From assembly GCA_025463265.1 (NCBI GenBank), contig JAOBWH010000171.1, forward strand, positions 114 to 64,113: a stretch of DNA of 64,000 nucleotides, read 5' to 3'. Each line of letters opens with the position of its first letter. The first letter of the stretch is position 1. Position numbers and translations under genes: made by a program. Source of the stretch: Ilumatobacteraceae bacterium. GTDB taxonomy: Bacteria; Actinomycetota; Acidimicrobiia; Acidimicrobiales; Iamiaceae. The notes beneath the pieces were generated by a model. That model saw only the letters and a program-made list of their open reading frames with translations, did no database searches and was not told where the DNA came from. Positions 26,390 to 36,643 of the stretch are shown here, piece after piece.

Positions 26390-27468
26390 GGGCCGTGGCC
26401 GACCGCATCGCACCGCGCGACGACCTCGCCATGATGGACGGCTACCACTCGCCCCAGGTGTCCGTCGACGTGCGGCTCAACACCAACGAGTCCCCGCTGC
26501 CTCCGCCGCAGGCGTTCCTCGATGCAGTGTCGGCGGCGGCGGCGACCACGGACTGGCACCGCTACCCCGACCGCCGGGCCGCCGCGCTGCGCGCCCGGCT
26601 CGCGGCCCTCCACGGGGTCGAGCCGGACCAGGTCTTCGTCGCCAACGGCTCGAACGAGGTCCTCCAGACCGTGTCGCTCACCTACGGCGGGCCGGGCCGG
26701 TCCGTCGCGCTGTTCGAGCCCACCTACGCCATGCACAGCCAGATCGCCCGGGTCACCGGCGCCACGGTGGCCGAGGGCTTCCGGGGCGCGGACCTGGCCC
26801 TCGACCTGGACGACGTGCGCCGGGTCATCGACGGGTCCCGGCCGGCCATCACCTACCTGTGCTCCCCGAACAACCCCACCGGCATGGTGGAGTCGGCCGA
26901 GACCGTCGCCGAGGTGCTCGATCTGGTGGAGGGCACCGGCGGGCTGCTCGTGGTCGACGAGGCCTACGGCCAGTTCGCCCCGTGGTCGGCGCTGGAGCTG
27001 GTCTCCGAGGACCGGTCGCTGGTCGTCACCCGCACCTACTCCAAGACCTGGTCGATGGCCGCCGCCCGCCTCGGCTACCTGATCGGGCCGTCATGGGTCG
27101 TAGCCGAGCTGGAGAAGGTGGTCCTGCCGTACCACCTCGACGCGCTGAAGCAGGCCGCCGGCACCATCGCCCTGGACTTCGTGGACGACATGGAGCGCCG
27201 GGTCTCGATCCTCACCGAGGAGCGAGGCCGGGTCGATGCCGCCCTCCGGGAGCTGCCCCTCGAGGTGTGGCCGTCGGCGGCCAACTTCATCTTGTTCCGG
27301 CCCCACGGTGCCGATGCGGGCGACGTCTGGCAGGCCCTCGTGGACCGCTCGGTCCTGGTCCGCAACTGCTCGGGCTGGCCCGGGCTGTCGGGCTGCCTGC
27401 GGGTCACCATCGGCACCACCGACGAAGACGATCGCTTCCTCACCGCCCTCCGAGAGGTCCTGTCATGA
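26386..27468 (+). CDS. hisC: Histidinol-phosphate aminotransferase
   Basis: LNTNESP and YSKTWSMAAARLGY (PLP Lys) motifs. GTGA overlap with the hisD stop. Confidence 0.9.
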   Translation: MRAVADRIAPRDDLAMMDGYHSPQVSVDVRLNTNESPLPPPQAFLDAVSAAAATTDWHRYPDRRAAALRARLAALHGVEPDQVFVANGSNEVLQTVSLTYGGPGRSVALFEPTYAMHSQIARVTGATVAEGFRGADLALDLDDVRRVIDGSRPAITYLCSPNNPTGMVESAETVAEVLDLVEGTGGLLVVDEAYGQFAPWSALELVSEDRSLVVTRTYSKTWSMAAARLGYLIGPSWVVAELEKVVLPYHLDALKQAAGTIALDFVDDMERRVSILTEERGRVDAALRELPLEVWPSAANFILFRPHGADAGDVWQALVDRSVLVRNCSGWPGLSGCLRVTIGTTDEDDRFLTALREVLS

Positions 27469-28058
27469 CCCGTGCCGCATCCAAGCAGCGGACCACCAAG
27501 GAGACATCGATCTCGATCTCGCTCGACGTCGACGGCCCCACCGGTGCCGTCTCGGCGTCGACGGGGCTCCCGTTCTTCGACCACATGCTCGATCAGATCG
27601 GCCGCCACGGCGGGTTCGACCTGGCCATCGAGGCCACCGGCGACCTCGACGTCGACGGGCACCACACCGTCGAGGACGTGGGCATCCTGCTGGGCGAGGT
27701 GTTCAAGGAGGCGCTCGGCGACAAGGCCGGCGTCCGCCGCTTCGCCTCGGGGCTGTACCCGCTGGACGAAGCGCTGATCCAGGTCGCCCTGGACCTGTCG
27801 GGACGGCCCTACTGCGTCTACGACGTGCCGTTCGGGGAGGTGCTCCCGCTGGGCAGCCCCCCGTTCAACCCGGAGATGGCCGAGCACTTCTGGCAGTCGT
27901 TCGCCACGTCCGCCGGCATCACGCTGCACGTGAACAAGCAGGCCGGGACCAACACCCACCACGTCCTGGAGGCCACCTTCAAGGGCGTCGCCCGCTGCCT
28001 GCGCGACGCCGTGCGGGTGGAGGGCACCGGGGTGCCGTCCACCAAGGGCTCGTTGTGA
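27465..28058 (+). CDS. hisB: Imidazoleglycerol-phosphate dehydratase
   Basis: RTTKETSISISLDVDG, GLPFFDHML, HHTVEDVGI and HH..EA.FKG motifs. ATGA overlap with hisC. Confidence 0.92.
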   Translation: MTRAASKQRTTKETSISISLDVDGPTGAVSASTGLPFFDHMLDQIGRHGGFDLAIEATGDLDVDGHHTVEDVGILLGEVFKEALGDKAGVRRFASGLYPLDEALIQVALDLSGRPYCVYDVPFGEVLPLGSPPFNPEMAEHFWQSFATSAGITLHVNKQAGTNTHHVLEATFKGVARCLRDAVRVEGTGVPSTKGSL

Positions 28059-28696
28059 CGGCTCCGCTCATAGCGGTGCTCGACTACGGCATCGGCAACC
28101 TCCGCTCGGCGCAGAAGGCGCTGGAGAAGGTCGGCGCCGACGCCCGCCTCACCGACGACCACGGGCTCATCGCCGACGCGGCGGGCGTCGTGCTGCCCGG
28201 TGTCGGCAACTTCGGCCGCTGCATCGAGGCGCTCGACGCCGCCGGCCTGCGCGCGGTGGCCGTCGCCGCGGCCGAGGACGCCGCCGCCGGGACGGGCCGC
28301 CCGTTCCTCGGGGTGTGCGTCGGCATGCAGATGCTGTTCGACGGGTCCGACGAGTCGCCGGAGGTCCCCGGTCTCGCCGTCCTCCCCGGCCGCGTCCGGT
28401 TGCTGCCCGACACCGTCAAGCGGCCGCAGATGCAGTGGAACGTGCTCGACTGGGTCGGCGCCGACGGTGCCGCCACGCACATGGCCGACGGCCAGCCCGA
28501 TCCGTGCTGGATGTACTTCGTCCACTCGTACTGGGCCGACGCCGCCGCCGGTGACATCGCCGCCACCTGCGAGTACGGGGTCTCCGCGGTGGCCGCCGTG
28601 CAGCGCGGCCAGCTCTGGGCCACCCAGTTCCATCCCGAGAAGTCGGCCGCCAACGGCCTCCACCTGCTCGAGTCCTTCGTCCGCGCCTGCGCCTGA
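28055..28696 (+). CDS. hisH: Imidazole glycerol phosphate synthase, glutaminase subunit
   Basis: IAVLDYGIGNLRSAQKAL, GVCVGMQML (catalytic Cys) and FHPEKS. GTGA overlap with hisB. Confidence 0.9.
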   Translation: MTAPLIAVLDYGIGNLRSAQKALEKVGADARLTDDHGLIADAAGVVLPGVGNFGRCIEALDAAGLRAVAVAAAEDAAAGTGRPFLGVCVGMQMLFDGSDESPEVPGLAVLPGRVRLLPDTVKRPQMQWNVLDWVGADGAATHMADGQPDPCWMYFVHSYWADAAAGDIAATCEYGVSAVAAVQRGQLWATQFHPEKSAANGLHLLESFVRACA

Positions 28697-28736
28697 GCCC
28701 GTCGGGGCCGGGCTGCGGGCCTGCGGTGGCGACGAG

Positions 28737-29468
28737 CTAGGGGAGCGACTCCCAGAAGGCGGTGATGACCTGGGCGGCCTCCTGGGGCTCGTCGAGCATC
28801 CAGAAGTGGCCGGCGTCGGCGAACGTGGCGATCTCGGCGTTGGTGCGGTCGGCCAGGCGCTGGACGCGACCGGGGGAGCGGAACGGGTCCTGCATCGATT
28901 GGATGAGCAGCCCGGGCACCGCGATCTGGTCGATCCCCGGACCCCACTCGTTGCCCACGTCGGTGGCGGAGCGGTACAGGTCCAAGATGGCGTCGGCCAT
29001 CGTGCGGTCGAGCGTCTCGGCCATCTTGGTGGCCTCGTCGCCGGGCACCCCGACCCCGGCGAGGATCGCGGCCCGGTCTTCGAGCGGGGCGTCCACGAAC
29101 ACGTCCATCAGCGCCTCGCCGTCGCCGGGGGTCTGCCAGGTCTTGGCGGTGTCGTGCCACTCGAAGGTCGCGTCGAGGTCGCCCATGTCGGACACCCAGC
29201 TGCGGACGTTCGCGGGCCGGTCGGCCAGCACCCGCAGGGCGAGCAGGGCCCCCCAGTCGTGGGTGACAAGGTCGACCTCGTCGTAGGCAGCGAGCTGCTC
29301 GGTCAGCCATGCGGCGTAGGAGTGCATGGTGGCGTCGAACCCGTCGGGCCGTGCAGAACCGAACGCCGGGAGCGCGAGGAGCGCGACGTCGTCGCGCTCC
29401 AGGTGGGCGACGAGCGGCTCCCACACGAGGACGGTCTCGGGGACTCCGTGGACGAAGACAGCGGTCAT
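28737..29468 (-). CDS. Alpha/beta hydrolase
   Basis: 243 aa. FVHGVP oxyanion region. A nucleophile-elbow-like HDWG takes the place of GxSxG. Opposite strand, inserted between hisH and hisA. Confidence 0.7.
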   Translation of the reverse strand: MTAVFVHGVPETVLVWEPLVAHLERDDVALLALPAFGSARPDGFDATMHSYAAWLTEQLAAYDEVDLVTHDWGALLALRVLADRPANVRSWVSDMGDLDATFEWHDTAKTWQTPGDGEALMDVFVDAPLEDRAAILAGVGVPGDEATKMAETLDRTMADAILDLYRSATDVGNEWGPGIDQIAVPGLLIQSMQDPFRSPGRVQRLADRTNAEIATFADAGHFWMLDEPQEAAQVITAFWESLP

Positions 29469-29542
29469 GGCGGTGACCGTACCGGTGCGACTCCGCCCCC
29501 GCTGGTTGGGGGCGCCGTGGAGGGGACGGCGATGATGGGGGC

Positions 29543-30277
29543 ATGGACCTGTATCCGGCGATCGATCTCCGCGGCGGGCAGTGCGTGCGCCTGTACCAGG
29601 GCGACTTCGCCCAAGAGACGGTGTACGGCGATGACCCGGTCGCCCAGGCCAAGGTGTTCGCCGATGCCGGGGCCCCGTGGATCCACGTCGTGGACCTCGA
29701 TGCCGCCCGCACCGGCGAGGCCGTGAACCGCCCGGTGATCGCGGCCATCGCCGCCGCGGTGGCGGTCCCGATCCAGACCGGCGGCGGGGTGCGCAACAAC
29801 GACAACGCGCTCGCGCTGCTCGACGCCGGCGTGCAGCGCGTCGTGATCGGCACCGCCGCCCTGGAGGACCCGGCGTGGGCCCGCTCGCTGGCCGACCGGT
29901 ACCCGGGCCGCGTCGCCCTCGGGCTGGACGTCCGCGGCCGCGAGGTCGCCGTCCGCGGCTGGGTCGAAGGTTCGGGCCGCCAGCTCGCCGACGTGGCAGG
30001 CGAGTTCGACGACGCCGGGTTCGCCGCCCTCATCGCCACCCAGATCAACGTCGACGGTGCGGGCACCGGGCCCGACCTCGACCTCTACGTCGAGCTGCTC
30101 GAGTCGCTCGAGACGCCGGTCATCGCATCGGGCGGCGTCGGCACCGCGGAGCACCTGCGGGCGCTCGCCAGCCTGGCCGAGGAGGGCATCCCGCTCGACG
30201 GCGCCATCGTCGGCAAGGCCCTCTACGACGGCGCGCTCACCATCGACGACGCGCTGGCCGCCGCCCACACCGAGTAG
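29543..30277 (+). CDS. hisA: ProFAR isomerase HisA (PriA-type in most Actinomycetota)
   Basis: MDLYPAIDLRGGQCVRL, VDLDAA, GGGVR and GKALYDG motifs. Confidence 0.9.
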   Translation: MDLYPAIDLRGGQCVRLYQGDFAQETVYGDDPVAQAKVFADAGAPWIHVVDLDAARTGEAVNRPVIAAIAAAVAVPIQTGGGVRNNDNALALLDAGVQRVVIGTAALEDPAWARSLADRYPGRVALGLDVRGREVAVRGWVEGSGRQLADVAGEFDDAGFAALIATQINVDGAGTGPDLDLYVELLESLETPVIASGGVGTAEHLRALASLAEEGIPLDGAIVGKALYDGALTIDDALAAAHTE

Positions 30278-30353
30278 CGCCGACGCGGGTCCGTCGACCA
30301 CCCGGTCCGCCGACGGGCGCGCAGCCGACCACCGGTCGCCGGTCGGCCGACCG

Positions 30354-31361
30354 TCAGAGGGCGACGATCACCTTGCCGGTGTTGCCGCCGGTGAACAGCA
30401 GGTTCAGCGCGTCGGGGGCGTGCTCGAGGCCGTCGACCACGTGCACGGCGTGCTTGATCTTCCCGTCGAGCACCCAGCCGAACAGGTCACCCTGCGCCTC
30501 GGCGAAGCGATCCTGGAAGTCGAGGATGAGGAACCCCTCCATCCGGGCCCGTCGGGTGATCAGCGAGAAGTAGTTCTTCAACCCGGGAGCGTCGCCGCGG
30601 TCGTTGTAGGCGGAGATGGCGCCACAGCACACGATCCGGGCGTTGAGCGCCAGGTTGGCCAGGCAGGCGTCGAGGATCTCGCCGCCGACGTTGTCGAAGT
30701 AGATGTCGATGCCGTCGGGGCACAGCTTCCGCAGCTGCGGCCCCACGGGGCCCGCCTTGTAGTCGATGGCGGCGTCGAAGCCGAGCTCGTCGACGAGCCA
30801 GGCGCACTTCTCCGGCCCCCCGGCGATGCCCACCACGTTGGCAGCCCCCTTGATCTTGGCGATCTGGCCCACCACCGACCCGGTCGCACCGGCCGCACCC
30901 GACACGACGACGGTGTCGCCCTCCTTCGGCTGGCCGATGTCGAGCAGCCCGAAGTACGCCGTCATCCCGGTCACGCCGAACACGCTCAGGACAGCGGTGG
31001 GGTCCATGCCGTCGGGCACGACCTGGCCGGCGCCGGGCGTGTCGTCGAGGACCGCGTGGTCCTGCCAGCCGACCATGCCGAAGATGGTGGCGCCGACGGG
31101 GAAGTGGTCGTTCTGCGAGGCGACGACCGTGCCCAGCCCGCCGCTGCGGATGACGGCGTCGATCTCGATCGGGGGCAGGTAGCCGGGGGCATCGTCCATC
31201 CAGGTGCGGATCGTCGGGTCGATCGACAGGTGGCTGACCCGGACGACCGCCTCGCCCGGTCCCGGCTCGGGGACATCGACGGTCTCGACGCGGACGATGG
31301 TGTCGTCGACCATCCCGGACGGGCGCTGGGCGAGGACGAGGCGGCGGCTCTGCTCGGTCAT
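30354..31361 (-). CDS. NADP-dependent oxidoreductase, MDR superfamily (YncB/PTGR-like)
   Basis: [22 protein letters not shown] Rossmann motif and C-terminal GKVIVAL. Start at 31361 or 31370; the ORF-track start at 31460 is probably too long. Confidence 0.75.
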   Translation of the reverse strand: MTEQSRRLVLAQRPSGMVDDTIVRVETVDVPEPGPGEAVVRVSHLSIDPTIRTWMDDAPGYLPPIEIDAVIRSGGLGTVVASQNDHFPVGATIFGMVGWQDHAVLDDTPGAGQVVPDGMDPTAVLSVFGVTGMTAYFGLLDIGQPKEGDTVVVSGAAGATGSVVGQIAKIKGAANVVGIAGGPEKCAWLVDELGFDAAIDYKAGPVGPQLRKLCPDGIDIYFDNVGGEILDACLANLALNARIVCCGAISAYNDRGDAPGLKNYFSLITRRARMEGFLILDFQDRFAEAQGDLFGWVLDGKIKHAVHVVDGLEHAPDALNLLFTGGNTGKVIVAL

Positions 31362-31498
31362 GGCGGGCATCCTCGCGCCGAATCCCGACCGGCGCAGCCG
31401 GGCCGTCCGGTGGACCGGGCCGCGAGGGACCGACCCGGACCAGGGCTGCTGGGCGATCACGCTTGGGACGGTCCGCTGCCCGGCGGTACCGTCGCCGC

Positions 31499-32272
31499 GT
31501 GCGAACCGCCCGGGTGATCCCCTGTCTCGACGTGACCGCCGGCCGGGTGGTGAAGGGCGTGAACTTCCTCGACCTCCGCGACGCGGGCGACCCGGTCGAG
31601 CTCGCCGCCCGCTACGACGCCGAGGGCGCCGATGAGCTGGTGTTCCTCGACATCACGGCCAGCTCCGACGACCGCGCCACCATGGTCGACGTCGTCGCCC
31701 GCACCGCCGAGCAGGTCTTCATCCCGCTCACCGTCGGCGGCGGCATCCGCACCGCCGACGACGCCCGCCGCATGCTGCGGGCCGGCGCCGACAAGGTGTC
31801 GCTCAACACCGCCGCCATCGACCGCCCCGCCGTCATCAGCGAGGTGGCCGACGTGTTCGGCAGCCAGTGCGCCGTGGTCGCCATCGACGCCCGCCGCCGC
31901 GTCGCCGACGATCCCGGTGCCGGCTGGGCCGTGTTCACCCACGGCGGCCGGAACCCCACCGCCCTCGACGCCGTCGGGTGGGCCGTCGAGGCCACCGAGC
32001 GCGGCGCCGGCGAGATCCTCCTCACGTCCATGGACCGCGACGGCACCCGCGACGGCTTCGACCTGGAGCTCACCCGGGCCATCAGCGACGCTGTGGGCGT
32101 CCCCGTCATCGCCAGCGGCGGCGTGGGCACGCTCCAGCACCTCGCCGACGGCGTCACCGACGGCGGCGCCGACGCCGTCCTCGCCGCCTCGATCTTCCAC
32201 TTCGGCGAGCACACGGTGGCCGAAGCCAAAGCCGTCATGGCCGCCGCCGGCATCACCGTCCGCCCGGCCTAG
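31499..32272 (+). CDS. hisF: Imidazole glycerol phosphate synthase, cyclase subunit
   Basis: [29 protein letters not shown] and ASIFHFGE motifs. Confidence 0.92.
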   Translation: MRTARVIPCLDVTAGRVVKGVNFLDLRDAGDPVELAARYDAEGADELVFLDITASSDDRATMVDVVARTAEQVFIPLTVGGGIRTADDARRMLRAGADKVSLNTAAIDRPAVISEVADVFGSQCAVVAIDARRRVADDPGAGWAVFTHGGRNPTALDAVGWAVEATERGAGEILLTSMDRDGTRDGFDLELTRAISDAVGVPVIASGGVGTLQHLADGVTDGGADAVLAASIFHFGEHTVAEAKAVMAAAGITVRPA

Positions 32273-32370
32273 CCGGTCGCGGTCAGACGTCCGCCCCTCG
32301 CGCCCGTCGCCTCATCTGATCGGCGAATCGGCTTCTCGGTGGGTCGGGGGCGAACCGTAGGATCGCCGGC

Positions 32371-32727
32371 ATGCCTGCTGTGACGCCCATCGCTGTTCGA
32401 GATGAAGACCTGGCCTCCGTGACCTACGACCGGGACGGGCTCGTCCCGGCCATCGTCCAGGAGCACGGCACCGGCGAGATCTTGATGATGGCGTGGATGA
32501 ACGAGACCACGCTGCGGCGCACGCTGGAGGAGGGCCGCACCGTGTTCTGGAGCCGGTCGCGCCAAGAGGAGTGGCGCAAGGGCGACACCTCCGGCGACCG
32601 CCAGTTCGTGCGGGAGGCGTACTTCGACTGCGACGGCGACACGCTGCTGTTCGTGGTCGAGCAGGAGGGCAGGGGCGCCTGCCACACCGGTGAGAAGTCC
32701 TGCTTCTACCGTGCCTTCGGCGGCTGA
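32371..32727 (+). CDS. hisI: Phosphoribosyl-AMP cyclohydrolase
   Basis: 118 aa with GLVPAIVQ, MMAWMNE, FWSRSRQEEWRKG and DCDGDTLL..V.Q.G.ACHTG. There is no fused HisE part. Confidence 0.9.
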   Translation: MPAVTPIAVRDEDLASVTYDRDGLVPAIVQEHGTGEILMMAWMNETTLRRTLEEGRTVFWSRSRQEEWRKGDTSGDRQFVREAYFDCDGDTLLFVVEQEGRGACHTGEKSCFYRAFGG

Positions 32728-34261
32728 GGCCGTGACGATCCACCCCACGCGGGAGGAGTTCAAGCGGCTCGCCCGCGAGTACACCGTGATCCCGGTCTGG
32801 CGGGAGCTGCTCGCCGACCTCATCACGCCCGTCGCCGCCTTCGCCCGCCTCACGCGCGACGGCGAGCCCGGGTTCCTGTTCGAGTCGGTGGAGCACGGCG
32901 AGCGCTGGAGCCGCTGGTCCTTCGTGGGCCGCCGCGCGGCGGCCACCCTCATCAGCCGCGGCGGCGGCGCCGTCGAGGTGCACGGCGGCACCCTGCCCGA
33001 CAGCATCGTCCTCGACCAGGGGATCCTGGGCGCGGTCGAGAGCCTGCTCGCCACGTACCGCTCGCCCGTCGACGACGATCTGCCGCCGCTGCACAGCGGG
33101 ATCGTCGGCTACCTCGGCTACGACGTGGTGCGCGAGGTCGAGCGCCTGCCCGACGCACCCACCGACGACCAGCAGCTGCCCGAGGCGATCTTGTCGATCG
33201 CCGGCGAGCTGGCCGCCTTCGACCACTTCCGGTCCCGGGTGGTCCTCATCGCCAACGCCTACGCCCTGGCCGACGACCTCACCGATGAGGACCTCGACCG
33301 CTCCTACGACGAGGCGGTCGAGCGCCTCGAGCAGCTGGCCAGCGACGGGGCGGCGCCGCTCGACGAGCCGTTCGTGGCCCCGCCCGACGCCGCCGATCCG
33401 CTGCCCGACGTGGTGTCCAACCTGGGGGCGGCGGCCTACGAGCAGGCCGTCGGGGCCGCCAAGGAGTACATCCTCTCCGGCGACATCTTCCAGGTGGTGC
33501 TCTCGCAGCGCTTCGACTTCCAGCTCGACGCCGACCCGTTCGACGTCTACCGGGTCCTGCGCCAGATCAACCCGAGCCCCTACATGTACCTGGTCCGCCA
33601 CCCCGAGGTGACGCTCGTCGGCTCGTCGCCCGAGCCCATGGTCCTGCTGCGCGACGGCGAGGTGATCTCCCGGCCCATCGCCGGCACCCGCTACCGCGGG
33701 AAGACCGAGGAGGAGGACCGTCGCCTGGGCGCCGAGCTCCGCGAGCACCCCAAGGAGGTCGCCGAGCACGTGATGCTGGTGGACCTCGCCCGCAACGACG
33801 TCGGCCGCGTGGTCGAGTTCGGGACGGAACGGGTCACCGAGATGATGACGCTGGAGCGCTACAGCCACGTCATGCACCTCACGTCGCAGGTGGTGGGTCG
33901 CCTGGCCGAGGGCAACGGGCCCATCGACGTGCTCCGGGCCACGCTTCCCGCCGGCACCGTCTCGGGCGCGCCGAAGGTGCGGGCCATGGAGATCATCGAC
34001 GAGTTCGAGCCCACCAAGCGGGGGCCGTACGCCGGTGTCGTCGGCTACCTGGACTTCTCCGGGAACATCGACACGGCCATCGCCATCCGCACGATGGTCT
34101 GCTTGCCCGACGGCCGGGCCTGCGTGCAGGCCGGAGCGGGCGTGGTGGTGGACTCGGTCCCGGCCCACGAGGAGCTGGAGACCCGCAACAAGGCGCGGGC
34201 CCTGCTCGCCGCCGTGCCCGCCGCCCGGCGCATGACCGCCGACCGGGCGGCCCGCCGCTGA
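32711..34261 (+). CDS. trpE: Anthranilate synthase component I
   Basis: Chorismate-binding domain (GDIFQVVLSQRF, SPYMY, GTVSGAPKVRAMEII, RGPYAGVVGY). Start is ambiguous: GTG at 32690, 32711 or 32732. Confidence 0.88.
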   Translation: MPSAAEAVTIHPTREEFKRLAREYTVIPVWRELLADLITPVAAFARLTRDGEPGFLFESVEHGERWSRWSFVGRRAAATLISRGGGAVEVHGGTLPDSIVLDQGILGAVESLLATYRSPVDDDLPPLHSGIVGYLGYDVVREVERLPDAPTDDQQLPEAILSIAGELAAFDHFRSRVVLIANAYALADDLTDEDLDRSYDEAVERLEQLASDGAAPLDEPFVAPPDAADPLPDVVSNLGAAAYEQAVGAAKEYILSGDIFQVVLSQRFDFQLDADPFDVYRVLRQINPSPYMYLVRHPEVTLVGSSPEPMVLLRDGEVISRPIAGTRYRGKTEEEDRRLGAELREHPKEVAEHVMLVDLARNDVGRVVEFGTERVTEMMTLERYSHVMHLTSQVVGRLAEGNGPIDVLRATLPAGTVSGAPKVRAMEIIDEFEPTKRGPYAGVVGYLDFSGNIDTAIAIRTMVCLPDGRACVQAGAGVVVDSVPAHEELETRNKARALLAAVPAARRMTADRAARR

Positions 34262-34278
34262 CCGGTTCCGGCGCGGCA

Positions 34279-35145
34279 GTGGGCAGACTGGGCGCCATGA
34301 CCGTGACCTGTGCCTGGACCCGCCGCGATGTCGTCACCGTGGTCGGACCCGATGCGGCCGCCTACCTCCAGGGGCAGCTCAGCCAGGACGTGGTGGCCCT
34401 GGCGGTGGGCGACGCCGCCCCGACGTTCGTCTTGGCGCCCCAGGGCAAGGTCGACGGGTGGGGCCGGATCCACCGCACCGGAGACGAGTCGTTCGCCATC
34501 GACGTCGATGCCGGCGCCGGGACCCGCTGGCAGACCCGTCTGAGCCGCTTCCTCCTGCGCACCAAAGCCGAGATCACCGTCGACGAGGGCGTCTCCACGC
34601 TGGTCGTGCGCGGTGCCGCGGTGGCGGGCGCCCTCCCACCGCTCGGCGTGGACGTGGTCGGGGGCGATCTGATCGGCGTCGAGGGCCCGGACCTGCCGGC
34701 CGTCGTGCCGGCCGACGCCTCCGAGATGCCCGCCGACGAGCTGGAGGTGCAGCGCATCCGGGCCGGGGTGCCGGCCTGGGGCGCCGAGCTCGACGGCGAG
34801 ACCATCCCCGCCACGGTCGGCCAGTGGGTCATCGACGCCTCGGTCAGCTTCACCAAGGGCTGCTACACGGGCCAGGAGCTCGTCGCCCGCATCGACAGCC
34901 GGGGCGGCAACGTCCCCCGGCACCTGATGGGGGTCGTGGTCGACGGCCCGCCGCCCGCGCCCGGCACCGTGCTCACGGTCGACGGCGCACCGGCCGGTGC
35001 CATCACCAGCAGCGCCCTGGACCGCGGCCGGGGTGCCTCGGTGGCCCTCGCCTTCGTCCCCCGCAGCATCGAGGTCGCCGCCGAGGGGACCGGTGCCGAG
35101 GTGGCCGGCGTCCCGGCCACGCTCCTGCGGCTGCCCATCGCCTGA
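34279..35145 (+). CDS. YgfZ/CAF17-family folate-binding protein (GcvT-like)
   Basis: The signature FTKGCYTGQELVARI is characteristic of YgfZ. GcvT-like N-terminal region. Alternative start at ATG 34297. Confidence 0.7.
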   Translation: MGRLGAMTVTCAWTRRDVVTVVGPDAAAYLQGQLSQDVVALAVGDAAPTFVLAPQGKVDGWGRIHRTGDESFAIDVDAGAGTRWQTRLSRFLLRTKAEITVDEGVSTLVVRGAAVAGALPPLGVDVVGGDLIGVEGPDLPAVVPADASEMPADELEVQRIRAGVPAWGAELDGETIPATVGQWVIDASVSFTKGCYTGQELVARIDSRGGNVPRHLMGVVVDGPPPAPGTVLTVDGAPAGAITSSALDRGRGASVALAFVPRSIEVAAEGTGAEVAGVPATLLRLPIA

Positions 35146-35164
35146 ACCACGTAGCGTCAGCGAG

Positions 35165-35746
35165 GTGGCGACCTACTACGAGGTGCTGGGGGTCGAGCCG
35201 GGATCGGACCCGGGGGAGATCCGCAAGGCGTACCTCGGTGCCGCGCGCCGGTACCACCCGGATTTCCACGTCGACGCCGACGAGGTCACCCGCACGGGCA
35301 ACGCCCGCCGGATGCAGGAGCTGAACCAGGCGTGGGAGGTGCTCGGCGATCCGTCCGCCCGGGCGTCCTACGACCGCTCCCTCTTGACCGGCGGCGACCC
35401 CGGCGTGGCGCGCCGAGCCGAGCGCGAGCGGGCGGCCGCTGCGCCCCAGGTGCCCGAGGGCAAGGGGTGGACGCCACGGGCCGACGACGACGGCTGGATG
35501 ACCGACTTCGACGCGTGGGCCGACGAGGACGACGAGCTCGCTCCCGACCTGCCCCGATCGGACCGCCGCAAGGCGCTGACCCTCCTGCCGGTGGTGCTCT
35601 TCGCCGGCGCCGTGCTGTCGGTGTTCGTCGGTCTCGCGGTGCAGCTCGACGAGCTGGTGGCGCTGGGCGCGGTGTGCGTGATCCTGGCGGCGGGCCTGTT
35701 CATCATGTTGCCGCTGTTCGAGATGTCGAGGGGAAGGCGCCGCTGA
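35165..35746 (+). CDS. J-domain (DnaJ-like) protein with C-terminal double-TM anchor
   Basis: YYEVLGV...IRKAYLGAARRYHPDF (HPD motif) and LNQAWEVLGDPSARASYD. Two C-terminal hydrophobic helices. Confidence 0.75.
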   Translation: MATYYEVLGVEPGSDPGEIRKAYLGAARRYHPDFHVDADEVTRTGNARRMQELNQAWEVLGDPSARASYDRSLLTGGDPGVARRAERERAAAAPQVPEGKGWTPRADDDGWMTDFDAWADEDDELAPDLPRSDRRKALTLLPVVLFAGAVLSVFVGLAVQLDELVALGAVCVILAAGLFIMLPLFEMSRGRRR

Positions 35747-35766
35747 CGGAGCGGTACCGTCGGGCG

Positions 35767-36552
35767 GTGGCCACGTACCTCGATCGCATCCTCCTCGACC
35801 ACCGCGCTCGGGCCGCTGAGGACCGCCGATCGATCGAGGCCCTCCGCGACGAGGCGCAGGCGGAGCCGCCAGCGCGCGGGTTCGCAGCGGCGCTGGCCGG
35901 GGCCGACGGCTTGGCGGTGATCGCCGAGGTGAAGCGGGCGTCGCCGTCGAAGGGCGACCTCAACGTGGGCCTCGACCCGTCGGCGGTGGCGAAGGGCTAC
36001 GAGTCCGGTGGTGCCACGTGCCTGTCCGTCCTCACCGACGAGGCGTGGTTCCGGGGCTCGGCCGACGATCTCCGGGCGGCCCGGGGCACCGTGTCGGTCC
36101 CGGTGCTCCGCAAGGACTTCACGGTGGCCGCCGCCGACGTGTGCGACGCCCGGATCATGGGCGCGGACGCCGTGCTGCTCATCGTCGCTGCGCTCGACGA
36201 CGCCGAGCTGGCGGACTTCCACGCCCTCGCCGTCGAGGTCGGCCTCGATGTCCTGGTGGAGGTGCACGACGAGCCCGAGCTGGAGCGGGCGCTCACCGTC
36301 GGTGCCTCCCTGGTGGGCGTCAACCAGCGGGACCTGGTCACCTTCGAGGTCGACACGGACCGCGCCGTGCGCATGGCGCCGCAGATGCCCGACGGCGTCG
36401 TCCGGGTGGCCGAGTCCGGCGTCCGCGGGGTGCCCGACGCCACCCACCTGGCCGAGGCCGGGTACCACGCCGTCCTGGTGGGGGAGTCGCTCGTCACCGC
36501 CGGCGATCACGGTGCCGCCGTGTCCGCCCTGCGAGCGATCCCCCGGGTCTGA
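35767..36552 (+). CDS. trpC: Indole-3-glycerol phosphate synthase
   Basis: IAEVKRASPSKG, LSVLTD, LRKDF, VEVH, GVNQRDL and ESG motifs. Start at GTG 35767. Confidence 0.9.
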   Translation: MATYLDRILLDHRARAAEDRRSIEALRDEAQAEPPARGFAAALAGADGLAVIAEVKRASPSKGDLNVGLDPSAVAKGYESGGATCLSVLTDEAWFRGSADDLRAARGTVSVPVLRKDFTVAAADVCDARIMGADAVLLIVAALDDAELADFHALAVEVGLDVLVEVHDEPELERALTVGASLVGVNQRDLVTFEVDTDRAVRMAPQMPDGVVRVAESGVRGVPDATHLAEAGYHAVLVGESLVTAGDHGAAVSALRAIPRV

Positions 36553-36643
36553 GCGCCTGCCGCGCGGGAACGTCCCGATCGGAGGAGCCGACTACCAACG
36601 AGGTCCAGCCGCGGGCCAAGCTGGATCCCGGAGCCCCCTGCCG

